This document shows, in pieces, positions 29,389-39,542 of a stretch of DNA of 64,000 nt; position 1 is the stretch's first letter; each line of letters starts with the position of its first letter. Below the pieces are notes generated by a model that saw nothing but the letters and a program-made list of their open reading frames with translations, did no database searches and was not told where the DNA came from. Source of the stretch: Candidatus Bathyarchaeia archaeon. GTDB lineage: Archaea; Thermoproteota; Bathyarchaeia; Bathyarchaeales; Bathycorpusculaceae. Made by a program: the position numbers and the translations under genes. Location: positions 1 to 64,000 of the forward strand of contig JBEKTQ010000006.1 in assembly GCA_049515895.1 (NCBI GenBank), written 5' to 3'.

Positions 29389-30335
29389 TATTTTTCACCT
29401 TTTGCTGGCTCTACGAGGCTTACTATTTTATCCCTTCCCTTCTTATACCTTCGCACTTTGCCCTCACGTTCAAGGGCGGAGAGCAGTTGGCTTGTTTTTG
29501 CTTTGGAAAACCTACATTGTTCCGTGACAGCAGACTGGTAGGTGCCACCGCTATTTGAGCGAAGTAAACGCAAAACTTTTTCTTCCTCACTCTCGGGCAA
29601 AGTCGAAATTGGCAATGCAGTTGCTACCCTAATCTTTTGACGCCGATTTACGAAGAGAAACCAAGTTGCTGTGACTGCCGCAATGACCGCAACCACTGCG
29701 ACAGACGGCAGTATGAACGGGGACAATTGCGCAGTACTGGGCTTGACAACGCTTTGGGCGTCCAGCACGATTTGCGGGGTCGAGGCTACAAAAAACTGTG
29801 TTCCAAGCCAGTCTAAACTCTGAGTACTGGGGTCTTTTTGGTCTGGTGTGGGTACCACCGATTGCAAAGTGTAGTTTGCGGGGTAGCTGATTTGCAGTTC
29901 GCCGTCTCCGTACAGCCGGTCAAAGAAACCAGCGAGGCTGAAAACATCGCCAGCTACAAGTTGCCCATGTTTGTTCACGCTGAAATTCAACCAAGTAAAC
30001 GTGTACCCAGTGCTCTTCGAGTCGCTTGACGAGATAAAAGTGCTCATTTGAAAGCTATTGCTGTCCGCAGTCATCTGTCGATTCGTTTGATCCGCTGCCG
30101 CATTAATGAGCGCAGTGACTTTTCCCTCAAAGCCTCCCCAGCTATCGACGGTGCCATTTAAGCCTGATACTTGAATTATGTTCCATGTGGCTGAGTCATC
30201 GCTGTTAAGTTGGATTTTATACTGAATATACGTTTGAGCCTGTACTCTGCCAGAGAACGCCACAACCAAGATGGCTGTCATGGTTAGGAAGAGGGCTGTT
30301 GAAGTCCGTAGCTTCATTTTAACCTGAGTAGCCAT
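29388..30335 (-). CDS. Membrane-anchored wHTH regulator with extracellular N-domain
   Basis: Signal, beta ectodomain, TM, then YQS..FSKAKTSQLLSALEREGKVRRYKKGR. Confidence 0.8.
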   Translation of the reverse strand: MATQVKMKLRTSTALFLTMTAILVVAFSGRVQAQTYIQYKIQLNSDDSATWNIIQVSGLNGTVDSWGGFEGKVTALINAAADQTNRQMTADSNSFQMSTFISSSDSKSTGYTFTWLNFSVNKHGQLVAGDVFSLAGFFDRLYGDGELQISYPANYTLQSVVPTPDQKDPSTQSLDWLGTQFFVASTPQIVLDAQSVVKPSTAQLSPFILPSVAVVAVIAAVTATWFLFVNRRQKIRVATALPISTLPESEEEKVLRLLRSNSGGTYQSAVTEQCRFSKAKTSQLLSALEREGKVRRYKKGRDKIVSLVEPAKGEK

Positions 30336-30502
30336 TGCTATTATTTGTTATTTAAGAGTTGCAGAAATATACTCTGGTTTCTGAATTCATGTTTTTTCTT
30401 CCCGCGCAAAAAAGGTCTGAGGATTTTGTTGTCTGAAATCATGCTACACCATTTAACCTTGTATATCAACCGATACGCCACATTGAAAAACGGCGCGGTC
30501 TT

Positions 30503-30600
30503 AAAAACGACTAAAGAACCAGAATAAACGTTTGTGAACTAAAATGAACCGTCTATTTGTCGCTAATAGCAAAAACGCCTGAGAAAGGCTTTTATTTCTA
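30503..30600 (+). promoter_or_regulatory. Helically phased RAAC array plus BRE/TATA
   Basis: RAAC ending at 30508, 30519, 30529, 30539, 30549; GAGAAAGGCTTTTATTT at 30581. Confidence 0.5.
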
Positions 30601-30637
30601 AACTAATATGGGCTAAATTGTAAAAAAGGCGAAAAAA

Positions 30638-31480
30638 ATGAAAACCAAATTCGGGATAATATTGATCGCAATCATTGCAGTCAGTTCGTTAAGTCTCATA
30701 GCAGGCGCCTACGCAACCCCATTCATGAGCTACAGCACAGTTCCCACAGTCTCAAGCACCGCACCAACCGCAATTAGCCTCCAGCGAAACTCCGTACGCA
30801 TGTACGGCATCATACAAGAATGGCTTACTACCCCAACAACAACCCCCGTCATGGGTTCCATCGAAGTTCTAAGCCGAACAGCAGTAGGGCCCACAACCAC
30901 AATCCAAGGATACGCAGCGTTGGCCATTTGGACAACCAATACAACTCGACCAATCGCAGCAGTCAGAGCACGTGAAAACTTCACATACAGCTTCTACACT
31001 GCTAGACTAGTAAAAGGCGACTTTTCTGCTTTAGACTATAACGGCAACGCATTCTACCTGAACGGCACATGGAACGTTTGGAGTATCACCGAGAACTTCA
31101 CCATCATTACCGACAGCGCTACTGGACATATACTCTCAATTGACAGTGACCAAAAGGCAGTGTCTCTAGCGATAAACGCCTATGGAAATTTGACAGTGCC
31201 CTCTGGTTGGAGCACCTTCGCGCTTGACATAAAGGGCATTGCCCCGTTAGCTGGGAAAGTCATAGCAGAGGTAACAATTTCAGCGGTGTTTAACCCATTC
31301 ATGTTAGGCACAGACAGCAGCTCAACAACTGTAACACGAACCGATATAGACAACATTGTAAGCGCCTATGGCTCAGTTCCAGGCTGGGGCAATTACAACG
31401 TCAATATGGATTACTGCTTGCACTACAAAATTGACATTTGCGACCTCGCCACTGCAGCAGCAAACCTGAACGCAGCTTAA
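30638..31480 (+). CDS. Secreted protein with degenerate dockerin-like C-terminus
   Basis: Signal peptide; VTRTDIDNIVSAYGSVPG..NVNMD..KIDICDLATAA. Confidence 0.65.
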   Translation: MKTKFGIILIAIIAVSSLSLIAGAYATPFMSYSTVPTVSSTAPTAISLQRNSVRMYGIIQEWLTTPTTTPVMGSIEVLSRTAVGPTTTIQGYAALAIWTTNTTRPIAAVRARENFTYSFYTARLVKGDFSALDYNGNAFYLNGTWNVWSITENFTIITDSATGHILSIDSDQKAVSLAINAYGNLTVPSGWSTFALDIKGIAPLAGKVIAEVTISAVFNPFMLGTDSSSTTVTRTDIDNIVSAYGSVPGWGNYNVNMDYCLHYKIDICDLATAAANLNAA

Positions 31481-31616
31481 ACATCAAAAACTTCCTTTCT
31501 TTTCTTTGTTCAAGATTTTTCTTTGAGTATTTTTTGATTATTAATTAGTCTTTGATTTTTGACCGTTAAATTAAATTATCTTACTTTCCTCTTTAAGTGG
31601 GAACGGCGCTGAAATC

Positions 31617-31799
31617 ATGACTGATGCTGAAAAAAGCCTTGAGAAAACTGGCGCGCAAAAATCAGTAAAGTTACCCTGCGGCTGCGTTTATCAAGACAAC
31701 GGATGGATGCTCACGCGGATAAATGAGTGCGAATACCACCGGCGCAAGAGAACAACTAAGCGTCCGTATCGGCCTAAGGCTGAATGCGTGAGACCCTAA
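31617..31799 (+). CDS. Small Cys/His basic protein
   Basis: PCGC...CEYH. Confidence 0.5.
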   Translation: MTDAEKSLEKTGAQKSVKLPCGCVYQDNGWMLTRINECEYHRRKRTTKRPYRPKAECVRP

Positions 31800-31873
31800 C
31801 CCGAAAGGCTGCTGCCTTGTGTTCTCATGTAAATGGAAGTTTTTTCCCGCAAGAGATTTAACAGTCAAAAAGG

Positions 31874-33013
31874 ATGTTTCAAGACACATTGACAATCAAA
31901 GACTCTGCCCCCAAGCCAAAATCGTCACGTACTAGAGGGATACTGAGGATCGCTCTCGAAGTGATCTTCATGGTGGCGATTTTAGCAGCCCTACTGTGGT
32001 ACGTCGGCGTTGGTTCTCTGTACAACGCTCTCCTTCACATCAAAGTCGAATACCTTCTTCTTGCCTTTCTAATGTATTTTGGAATAAACCTCCTTTTCAC
32101 AGTGCGGCTGAGACGGGTCTTAAGTAAAAACGGCGTAAAAACATCTTTTGGCAAAACTTTACTCGCCCAATATGGTGGCATGCTAACAAGCGACGTCACA
32201 CCGGGACGATCAGGATATATTCTTACACCGGTTTATTTACTTGATCAGAAAGTTCCAACATCAAAAAGTCTTTCAAGTGTGCTGGGGATTCAAACTTTCG
32301 AATTTCTAATTAAAGTAGTCGGTGGAATTGGCGCCGTAATTTACCTTGTGAAGTTTGTGCCAACAAGCGTATGGAATCAACTTTTTCCCACCCAGATTGC
32401 TGGAATTAACGTGGCGTTGCTAATTGCGGCGCTTGGCATCGCTTTAATGATGACTGGGGCAATCGTTCTTGCACTTTTTACATGGTCCAAGAGAGCTATC
32501 TCAATATTTGATCGAATCGCAAACTCCCGATTTCTGAAAAGGTTCACTGGCGGCTTAATGGGAAAGCTTGAAGAATACAAAGGAAGCGCTTCCAGTACGA
32601 GTAAGGCAATCCCGGAAATAGTTATTTTGACCGTAGCATGCTGGATTTTAAAAGGGTTTGAGTGGTACTTTTTAGGCTACGCTTTAGGGATTACGCAGAT
32701 ACCGTGGATAGCCTACTTCCTAGTTCACCCATTGGTAACGGCTCTAGCATTTGTTCCTATAACTCCCGCCGGAATTGGGGTGCAAGAATTTGGAATTATC
32801 GGCATTTTCGGATTGTTGCTTAACGTTCCGGCTCATCCAGAACTGATACCGACAATCGCCGCTTTCGCTCTACTTGCCCGAGGTTTGCTCATATTTGAGG
32901 ACTTAGCAGGTGTACCCCAAATCGTAAGGTCGACAAGCCTTATCTTTTCCCATCGAAAGTCTGATGACCAACTTGAGCCGAAACCTGGCACTTCACCCGT
33001 GAACCCGGTTTAA
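31874..33013 (+). CDS. Lysylphosphatidylglycerol-synthase TM/flippase-like protein
   Basis: TPGRSG, PITPAGIGVQE; multi-TM. Confidence 0.85.
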   Translation: MFQDTLTIKDSAPKPKSSRTRGILRIALEVIFMVAILAALLWYVGVGSLYNALLHIKVEYLLLAFLMYFGINLLFTVRLRRVLSKNGVKTSFGKTLLAQYGGMLTSDVTPGRSGYILTPVYLLDQKVPTSKSLSSVLGIQTFEFLIKVVGGIGAVIYLVKFVPTSVWNQLFPTQIAGINVALLIAALGIALMMTGAIVLALFTWSKRAISIFDRIANSRFLKRFTGGLMGKLEEYKGSASSTSKAIPEIVILTVACWILKGFEWYFLGYALGITQIPWIAYFLVHPLVTALAFVPITPAGIGVQEFGIIGIFGLLLNVPAHPELIPTIAAFALLARGLLIFEDLAGVPQIVRSTSLIFSHRKSDDQLEPKPGTSPVNPV

Positions 33014-33066
33014 GTAAAAAGATTTTACGTTGAATTTTCTTTAGCTTTGTTGCTGCGAGGTTAGAT

Positions 33067-33555
33067 ATGACTGCTGAGTTCTCCTTAAGGCAAATGCTGC
33101 CAACTGATGAGAGCAGGCTTAAGGAAATAGCGGCTTTGTCTTTTTCAAGGTTGATGGGGTTCTTTGCTGTCCACAGTTTGTTTTCGGAAGCGGGTCAAGT
33201 GCTTGTTATGGAGGTGCATGGAACAGTTGTTGGGTTTGCAAAACTGATCGACTTCCAAGTAGTTGGCTCTAAGTTCGGCTGCGTACTTTGGATTGCTGTT
33301 CACCCAGATTTTCGACGAAAAGGCGTCGCGAATGCACTTACCACCGGGGGGATTCGACGTCTCAAACATGATAGTGCTAAAGCAGTGTTTGCTTCTGCGC
33401 AAAGACAAAATACTGTTGTCTTGACTGTTTTGAGCCGAAGCGGTTTCAGAAGAATAGGTTTCTTGGAGCTTCGACAGCTTTTCGGATGGCGGGTCTTCCA
33501 GTTTTACAGGAGCATTTGGCTTGCTCCCGGCGAAGTCGTCTTAATACATTACTGA
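33067..33555 (+). CDS. GNAT N-acetyltransferase
   Basis: IAVHPDFRRKGVA motif A. Confidence 0.85.
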   Translation: MTAEFSLRQMLPTDESRLKEIAALSFSRLMGFFAVHSLFSEAGQVLVMEVHGTVVGFAKLIDFQVVGSKFGCVLWIAVHPDFRRKGVANALTTGGIRRLKHDSAKAVFASAQRQNTVVLTVLSRSGFRRIGFLELRQLFGWRVFQFYRSIWLAPGEVVLIHY

Positions 33556-33556
33556 T

Positions 33557-33619
33557 AAACAACGAGTGCGGCAAGTCGTTAGGATAATTCTAAGGTCCTT
33601 AACTCCCACTCGTTCGTTT
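33557..33619 (+). other. Imperfect stem-loop after the GNAT stop
   Basis: AACGAGTG/CACTCGTT arms, inner AGGA/TCCT. Confidence 0.5.
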
Positions 33620-33869
33620 TGAGGAGACACACAGAGGATACCACTTACCCAACTGCAACTGCATATTATTCTATTTATTTCAAAGAAATTTGCTTGAATT
33701 AAGGCAAGATGAAAATGAAAGAAGGTTAAACTTTGGGGATTAGTCTTTCTCCAGTTTTTACTTCTGGACCCGCTACGATTGGTGTTAACTTGGAATCTAC
33801 ATTTTCCGAGTTTTCACGATTAAATATTTAAACCCAAAGGCTCCTTTAAGTAGGCAAGGAGTTGCGGGT

Positions 33870-35381
33870 ATGGTTGAATCAGTAGACAATCCTCTTATTG
33901 CTTACAATGTTCTAGAGAAAAAGATCCTTAAGGCTGGCCTTTGCACGGCATGCGGAGCCTGCGAAGTTGCCTGTCCTGTGCAGGCATTGCAGGTTGAAGG
34001 CGAAAAGGTTAAACGGTTGTGTGATTGTTCAAAGGAACTTGACCTTTGCCCTATCTGCTACGAGATTTGTCCTCACTCTGACAGACTTCTTCTAAGGAGT
34101 TTGCGTCCGGTTTCAGATGCGCCTTTCAGAAATGAAGCATTAGGGTACTATAGGAAAATGCTTCTTGCACAAGGGGCAGACAAGAAGTTGAGAGAACATA
34201 GCCATGGTGCCGCTGTGGTCACTTCACTCTTGAAGTACGGGATTGAGGAGAAGATTTTTGATAGCGCAATTGTTTCGGAAGGCGAGGCCGAGAATCCGTC
34301 CAAACCAAAGCCTTCAGTCGCGACTGTCCCTGACGATATTCTTTCAGCTACTGGCTCGAAGTTTTTCCCTTCAGCGGTTGCAAGAGCATTTGGAAGTGCC
34401 GTGACCGGATATGGAAAAACAAAGATAGCATTTGTGGGTGTACCCTGTCATATTTTGGCGCTTCGCAAGATGGAAGCGTGGCAACATAAGTTCAGTGCGA
34501 ACCTGAAAATAGCGATTGGGCTCTTTTGTTTCGGATCCTTTTCGTTGACTCCGATTCTGGAATATATAACAAAAACTTACAAAATCAAGCCCACTCAAAT
34601 TAGGTCCATGCACCTTTCGAAAGAGTTTGTCCTAGAAACAGAAAAAGGTGAAATAAGGATACCGATGGAAGAAGTCGAGCAGCATATTCTGCAAAGTTGC
34701 CGGACGTGTACGGATTTCGCTTCTGAGGTGGCTGACATCTCAGTCGGAGGCGCTTATCCATTAACAGATTGGTCAATTGTCATTATCAGAACTAAAGCGG
34801 GCGAAGACTTCTTCTATGGCGCTGTTGAAAAGGGCATAATCAATACGTGGGCCATAGAAGGAGAGCCGAGAGTCTTTGAGCGCGTGGTCAAAGCCGCATT
34901 AACTAAGAGAACCAATGCTCTCAAAGCAGTCAAAAAATTGGAGAAACAATATGGCTTCCTCCCTGTCCGGCTCTTGAGAGATACAGAAACACTTGCCAAA
35001 GTGAAAGTCAAAGACATAATGAAACCCCATGTCAAAACGGTCCCAAGCAATATGACAGTCACTCAACTTCTTGAGTTGATGGCAAAACATCAATACACTG
35101 GATATCCAGTCACAAATGAAAGCGGCGAACTTACTGGCACAGTGACAATTGAAGAAGCGTACACAGTGGACAAGAAAGACAGAGACAAAACCCTTGTAAG
35201 TGCTATAGCCAGACCAAACCTCGACGTTGTTTATCCAGAAGAAACGGCTCTCGACGCATTAAGGAAAATGAGTAAGCAAGAAACTGGAAGAGTTATAGTG
35301 CTTGATCCATCGGACCCAAAGAAACTGATAGGTATAGTCACTAAAGCGGATCTAATGCATGCACTCGTGAGCTGCAGCTAG
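33870..35381 (+). CDS. FrhB/FdhB/FpoF-family F420-binding Fe-S flavoprotein fused to a CBS pair
   Basis: CTACGACEVACP, CPICYEICP, VGVPCH, IGLFC, CRTCTD, ADISVG; two CBS domains. Confidence 0.9.
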   Translation: MVESVDNPLIAYNVLEKKILKAGLCTACGACEVACPVQALQVEGEKVKRLCDCSKELDLCPICYEICPHSDRLLLRSLRPVSDAPFRNEALGYYRKMLLAQGADKKLREHSHGAAVVTSLLKYGIEEKIFDSAIVSEGEAENPSKPKPSVATVPDDILSATGSKFFPSAVARAFGSAVTGYGKTKIAFVGVPCHILALRKMEAWQHKFSANLKIAIGLFCFGSFSLTPILEYITKTYKIKPTQIRSMHLSKEFVLETEKGEIRIPMEEVEQHILQSCRTCTDFASEVADISVGGAYPLTDWSIVIIRTKAGEDFFYGAVEKGIINTWAIEGEPRVFERVVKAALTKRTNALKAVKKLEKQYGFLPVRLLRDTETLAKVKVKDIMKPHVKTVPSNMTVTQLLELMAKHQYTGYPVTNESGELTGTVTIEEAYTVDKKDRDKTLVSAIARPNLDVVYPEETALDALRKMSKQETGRVIVLDPSDPKKLIGIVTKADLMHALVSCS

Positions 35382-35698
35382 TGGTCGGCTAAGAGAATCA
35401 AGGATTCTTGGCAGCGTAAAGTGCGATTGCATTATTGGGAAAAGGCTGTGGCGCAGAAGATTTACGGTGGACCTAACCCTCGACTTAGTGACAAGACTGC
35501 CCTCGAGTGTTCGGTTATCAATCAAGCCGACAGCAATTGCGTGGTAAACGGAGCCTTCCACTAAATTCAACTTTATTTGATTGTTTCGGCGGTTTTGGGT
35601 AGATAAACTTATATGCATTTAGCACGCCGCATGGATATAATAAATGCAAATTTAACGCTATCTTGGGGAGTAGTTGGTGTTAAGGAACAATATCATGA

Positions 35699-36058
35699 AT
35701 GGAGAGATGCCGCATGTTTGAAGAAGCCCTCGAAGAAGCAGTCATCGCATTTGTTTTAATATTCATATCAACATTCGTGATTTACAGTTTAGGCAAAAGA
35801 TCAGCGCCTAAGACCGCTATAAGCGAAAATGAGCAGGCATCTTACGCGTGTGGAGAGAAGGCTTCGTTCTTCGGGTTAAAAATCAACGTATCCTTGTACA
35901 AATATCTGATTTATTTTGTTATCTTTGACGCTTCCGTTTTGTTGATTGCTTTTGCTTCTTTTTCTCTGACGGGCACTAGTCCGCTTTACCTTTTCCTATA
36001 TCTCAGTATAATTCTAGCTGCGCTCTTTATTCTTTTAGAAGGAGGAAGCGGAGATTGA
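35699..36058 (+). CDS. nuoA: NuoA/FpoA-like subunit
   Basis: YACGE, YFVIFD; 3 TM. Confidence 0.85.
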   Translation: MERCRMFEEALEEAVIAFVLIFISTFVIYSLGKRSAPKTAISENEQASYACGEKASFFGLKINVSLYKYLIYFVIFDASVLLIAFASFSLTGTSPLYLFLYLSIILAALFILLEGGSGD

Positions 36059-36600
36059 TTGCTAACGCAGTTACATGGGCACGTGTAAAATCCCCCTGGG
36101 TTTTACACTTCAACTCAGGCGCCTGCAACGGATGCGATATAGAAATAGTCGCACTGCTCACACCAAAATATGATGTTGAACGCTTCGGAATAAAACTTGA
36201 GCCTTCGCCACGCCACGCCGACGTTCTGCTAGTGACAGGCTGTGTCACCCAGCAATGTGCAGAACGGCTAAAACGAATATATGATCAGATGCCGCAGCCC
36301 AAATTCGTGGTAGCCATCGGTGCATGCGCATGCTCAGGCGGAGTCTTTGAAGGAAATTACAACGTGGTCGGCGGCGCAGATAAGGTGATTCCAGTTACAG
36401 CTTACATACCTGGATGCCCCCCGCGTCCAGAAGCACTAATGGACGGAGTGGTTAAGCTTCTAAATGCGCTAAGTCCGCCTAAACCGAAGAAGCAGCCCAA
36501 GCAGCCGAAGCAGCCTAAACAAGAAGAACCTGTTGAAACACCAACTCCGGTTGAGATTAAACCAATAATTGAGGAGTCAAAAGTAGATGCCAAAAAGTAA
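36055..36600 (+). CDS. nuoB: NuoB-like / hydrogenase small subunit
   Basis: GACNGCDIE, SPRHAD, GACA, PGCPP. Confidence 0.9.
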   Translation: MIANAVTWARVKSPWVLHFNSGACNGCDIEIVALLTPKYDVERFGIKLEPSPRHADVLLVTGCVTQQCAERLKRIYDQMPQPKFVVAIGACACSGGVFEGNYNVVGGADKVIPVTAYIPGCPPRPEALMDGVVKLLNALSPPKPKKQPKQPKQPKQEEPVETPTPVEIKPIIEESKVDAKK

Positions 36601-38161
36601 AATAGATATTATTAAAGTAATCGAAAGCAAGCTTGAAAATAAAGTCCAAATTCAACTAGGCCAACTCGGCAAGGCCGTTGTAGTCACAAACAATGGTTTC
36701 CACAGAGACGTTATGAAAGCCATGGTAGATGCTGATGAGTATACTGCCATTTCAGCCATCACAGGTTTAGACCTAGGAGCAAACTTAGGCGTCTTATATC
36801 ATGTTCGCACTTCAAACTCTTTCGTAACCCTACGCGCAGAAGTGCCCAAGGATAACCCTAAAATTCAAACCTTAACCGATATTGCTCCCAGCGCAACCTT
36901 TCATGAACTGGAAGTAACAGACCTTTTGGGTGTGGTTTTCGAAGGTAACCCTCTTCCCGGGCATTTCGTCTTGTCGGAATATTGGCCTCAAGGTGTGTAT
37001 CCGTTAAGAAAAGATGTCAAAGCAAGCGAAGTAAAACTTAACCCGCCACCGGCCGAAGATACGGAAGAACCTGACATGGGAAGAGTCGTAAAAATCATCG
37101 TAGGACCCCAGCATCCAGCGTTGCTTGAGCCAGAAAAATTCGCAGTGACAGTTGATGGAGAAACAGTAACAAAAGTTGAGCCCCGAATCGGCTATGTTCA
37201 CAGAGGCATTGAGAAGGCAGCTGAGTCACGTACTTACCTGCAGGATGTTTACTTGGTTGAGCGCATCTGCGGAATATGCAACGTGATACACGGTTGTAAC
37301 TTTGTCGAAACCGTCGAAAAGATATTAAAAACAGAAGTACCTTCAAGAGCCAAGTACCTTCGAGTAATAGCTTTAGAACTTAACAGGTTGCACAGTCACC
37401 TTTTGACCTTGGGTCACGCAGGTCTAGAAATTGGTTACGAGACTCTTTTCCAATATTTCTGGCGAGACCGTGAACCGATCATGGATCTCATCGAATTAAC
37501 CAGCGGCAACCGAGTTTACTCATCACTTATGACTATAGGCGGCGTAAGACGGGACATCAGAGAAAGCGACATTCCCAAAATCAAAACAACCTTGGTAGAT
37601 TTGAGAAAGAAGCTCCCGTTCTACAGGAAAATCTACGAAGAAGAGCCTTCAATCAGAGCGCGCATGAAAAACGTAGGCGTGCTCAAACGCGAAGACGCTT
37701 TAAAACTCGGCGTTGTCGGTCCAGTTGCCCGTGGATCAGGCGTAGATATTGACGTACGCAAGGATGAGCCTTATGAAGCATATGCTGAGATTCCGTTCAA
37801 AGAGATAGTTTACACCGCCGGCGACACTTGGGCAAGGATGAACGTTCGCATGGACGAAGTTGAAGAAAGCATCAACATAATCGAGTACGCGCTTGACCAC
37901 TTGCCAGCAGGTCCCTTCAGGGTAAAAGCGCCGAGGGCTGTTCCTGCAGGCGAAGCGTGCAACCGTGTTGAAGCACCAAGAGGCGAACTATTCGCTTACG
38001 TTAGAAGCAACGGCACAGCTTTTCCTGAACGTGTCAAAGTTCGCACACCAACCTACGCTAACATTCCCGCATTCCTTAAGACGGCAATAGGTGAAAGCAT
38101 TGCTGACGTTCCTCCAAACTTTGTTAGCTTAGACCCCTGCTTCTCATGTACAGATAGGTGA
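36587..38161 (+). CDS. NuoC-fused group-4 [NiFe]-hydrogenase large subunit (NuoCD-like)
   Basis: GPQHP, HRGIE, RICGIC (L1), DPCFSCTDR (L2). Confidence 0.9.
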   Translation: MPKSKIDIIKVIESKLENKVQIQLGQLGKAVVVTNNGFHRDVMKAMVDADEYTAISAITGLDLGANLGVLYHVRTSNSFVTLRAEVPKDNPKIQTLTDIAPSATFHELEVTDLLGVVFEGNPLPGHFVLSEYWPQGVYPLRKDVKASEVKLNPPPAEDTEEPDMGRVVKIIVGPQHPALLEPEKFAVTVDGETVTKVEPRIGYVHRGIEKAAESRTYLQDVYLVERICGICNVIHGCNFVETVEKILKTEVPSRAKYLRVIALELNRLHSHLLTLGHAGLEIGYETLFQYFWRDREPIMDLIELTSGNRVYSSLMTIGGVRRDIRESDIPKIKTTLVDLRKKLPFYRKIYEEEPSIRARMKNVGVLKREDALKLGVVGPVARGSGVDIDVRKDEPYEAYAEIPFKEIVYTAGDTWARMNVRMDEVEESINIIEYALDHLPAGPFRVKAPRAVPAGEACNRVEAPRGELFAYVRSNGTAFPERVKVRTPTYANIPAFLKTAIGESIADVPPNFVSLDPCFSCTDR

Positions 38162-38165
38162 CCTG

Positions 38166-39152
38166 ATGATTGACTTTTGGCTGATCTTAAGAATACTAAT
38201 CTTTCCAGGCTTTGCGTTCATCTTGCTTCTAACTTTATTCTGCGATTGGATTGAGCGAAAATTAGAAGCTCGCATTCAGAATCGTGTAGGTCCGATGGTT
38301 GCAGGCCCAGCTGGGATTCTTCAACCGTTTGCCGATTTCATTAAGCTGTTGACAAAAGAAGACATCGAACCGAAGAATTCTAAGAGAGTTGTTTTCACGT
38401 TTGCCCCACTCGTAGCCTTTACCATCATGGTTTTCGCCATGTGCTTCCTGCCTGTGGACGGTTCAAGTGTGCTTTCAAGCACAGGATTCAATGGCGACTT
38501 GATTGTTATTTTAGCGTTTGTTACAATCGCAAACTTTCTCTTGTTTCTTTCCGGATGGGCATCATGCAATCCTTATGGCACCATCGGCTCAGCAAGAGTT
38601 CTAACTCAGTTCCTCGGTTACGACATACCGCTTTTTCTAATTGCCCTGACACCCGCCTTTATCGCTGGGAGCTTAGGGATATTCGCAATTGCCGCAAGTC
38701 AATCCATTCCATACATCATATTGGCGCCGTGGGCTTTCGTGCTTTTCATCGTAGCTTTGCAAGCAGAGCTCGAAAAAGACCCCTTCGATGTTCCTCATGC
38801 AGAAAGCGAAGTAGTTGGCGGATTGGAGACTGAGTACACAGGGGGCAAACTGGCTTTTCTTCATTTGACACGCGATGTTCAGATTGTTTTCGGCTCAGCC
38901 TTGGTGGTTGAATTGTTCCTTGGCGGACCATATGGTCCAGTGTTCTTTGGATTGCCAGCGTTCTGGTACTCGTTGTGGTTTGTAATCAAACTGCTAGCGG
39001 TTGTGGTGGTTACCGAGTACGTGACAACTCTTTTTGCAAGGTTGCGCATCGACCAGGTTTTGTCAGCTAACTGGAAGATAGTCCTGCCGGCAGCCGTTTT
39101 GTCGCTAATGCTTACAGTAGTAATGGTTACTTGGGTGTACCCCTTGGTGTGA
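38166..39152 (+). CDS. nuoH: NuoH-like subunit
   Basis: RIQNRVGP, QPFADFIKL, PFD...ESE. Confidence 0.92.
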   Translation: MIDFWLILRILIFPGFAFILLLTLFCDWIERKLEARIQNRVGPMVAGPAGILQPFADFIKLLTKEDIEPKNSKRVVFTFAPLVAFTIMVFAMCFLPVDGSSVLSSTGFNGDLIVILAFVTIANFLLFLSGWASCNPYGTIGSARVLTQFLGYDIPLFLIALTPAFIAGSLGIFAIAASQSIPYIILAPWAFVLFIVALQAELEKDPFDVPHAESEVVGGLETEYTGGKLAFLHLTRDVQIVFGSALVVELFLGGPYGPVFFGLPAFWYSLWFVIKLLAVVVVTEYVTTLFARLRIDQVLSANWKIVLPAAVLSLMLTVVMVTWVYPLV

Positions 39153-39158
39153 TAAAGA

Positions 39159-39542
39159 ATGGTCAAAAAATCACGAATATCTCCGATGTGGAAAAGAACC
39201 GTTTCGCACATATTTACGAAACCTGCAACAACCAAATACCCGTTTGTTAAGCCGCAGCTTGCTGAAGATTTCCGAGGTAGGCAAGTATTCGACATCAATT
39301 TATGCGTTAGTTGCGGTCTGTGCAGCAGGGATTGTCCAGCCAAAGCGATTGAAATGGTTGAAGTCGAGGGTAAGAAACGCCCTCAGTTCCTTCTTGACAG
39401 GTGTATCTTCTGTTACCAATGTGCCGAAAGTTGCCCTAGAAACGCGATAAAAAGCTCAGTTTTCTACGAGTTGGCTACCACTGACAAATCATCATTGACT
39501 ATGAAGCCTCAAGCAACTTGTGAGAAGGATGCTCCTCAATGA
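39159..39542 (+). CDS. nuoI: NuoI-like 2x[4Fe-4S] subunit
   Basis: Two CxxCxxCxxxCP motifs. Confidence 0.92.
   Translation: MVKKSRISPMWKRTVSHIFTKPATTKYPFVKPQLAEDFRGRQVFDINLCVSCGLCSRDCPAKAIEMVEVEGKKRPQFLLDRCIFCYQCAESCPRNAIKSSVFYELATTDKSSLTMKPQATCEKDAPQ

Noticed and set aside
36487-36525. KQP repeats in the NuoB tail as a regulatory repeat
   Set aside because: Consistent with an ordinary low-complexity disordered tail
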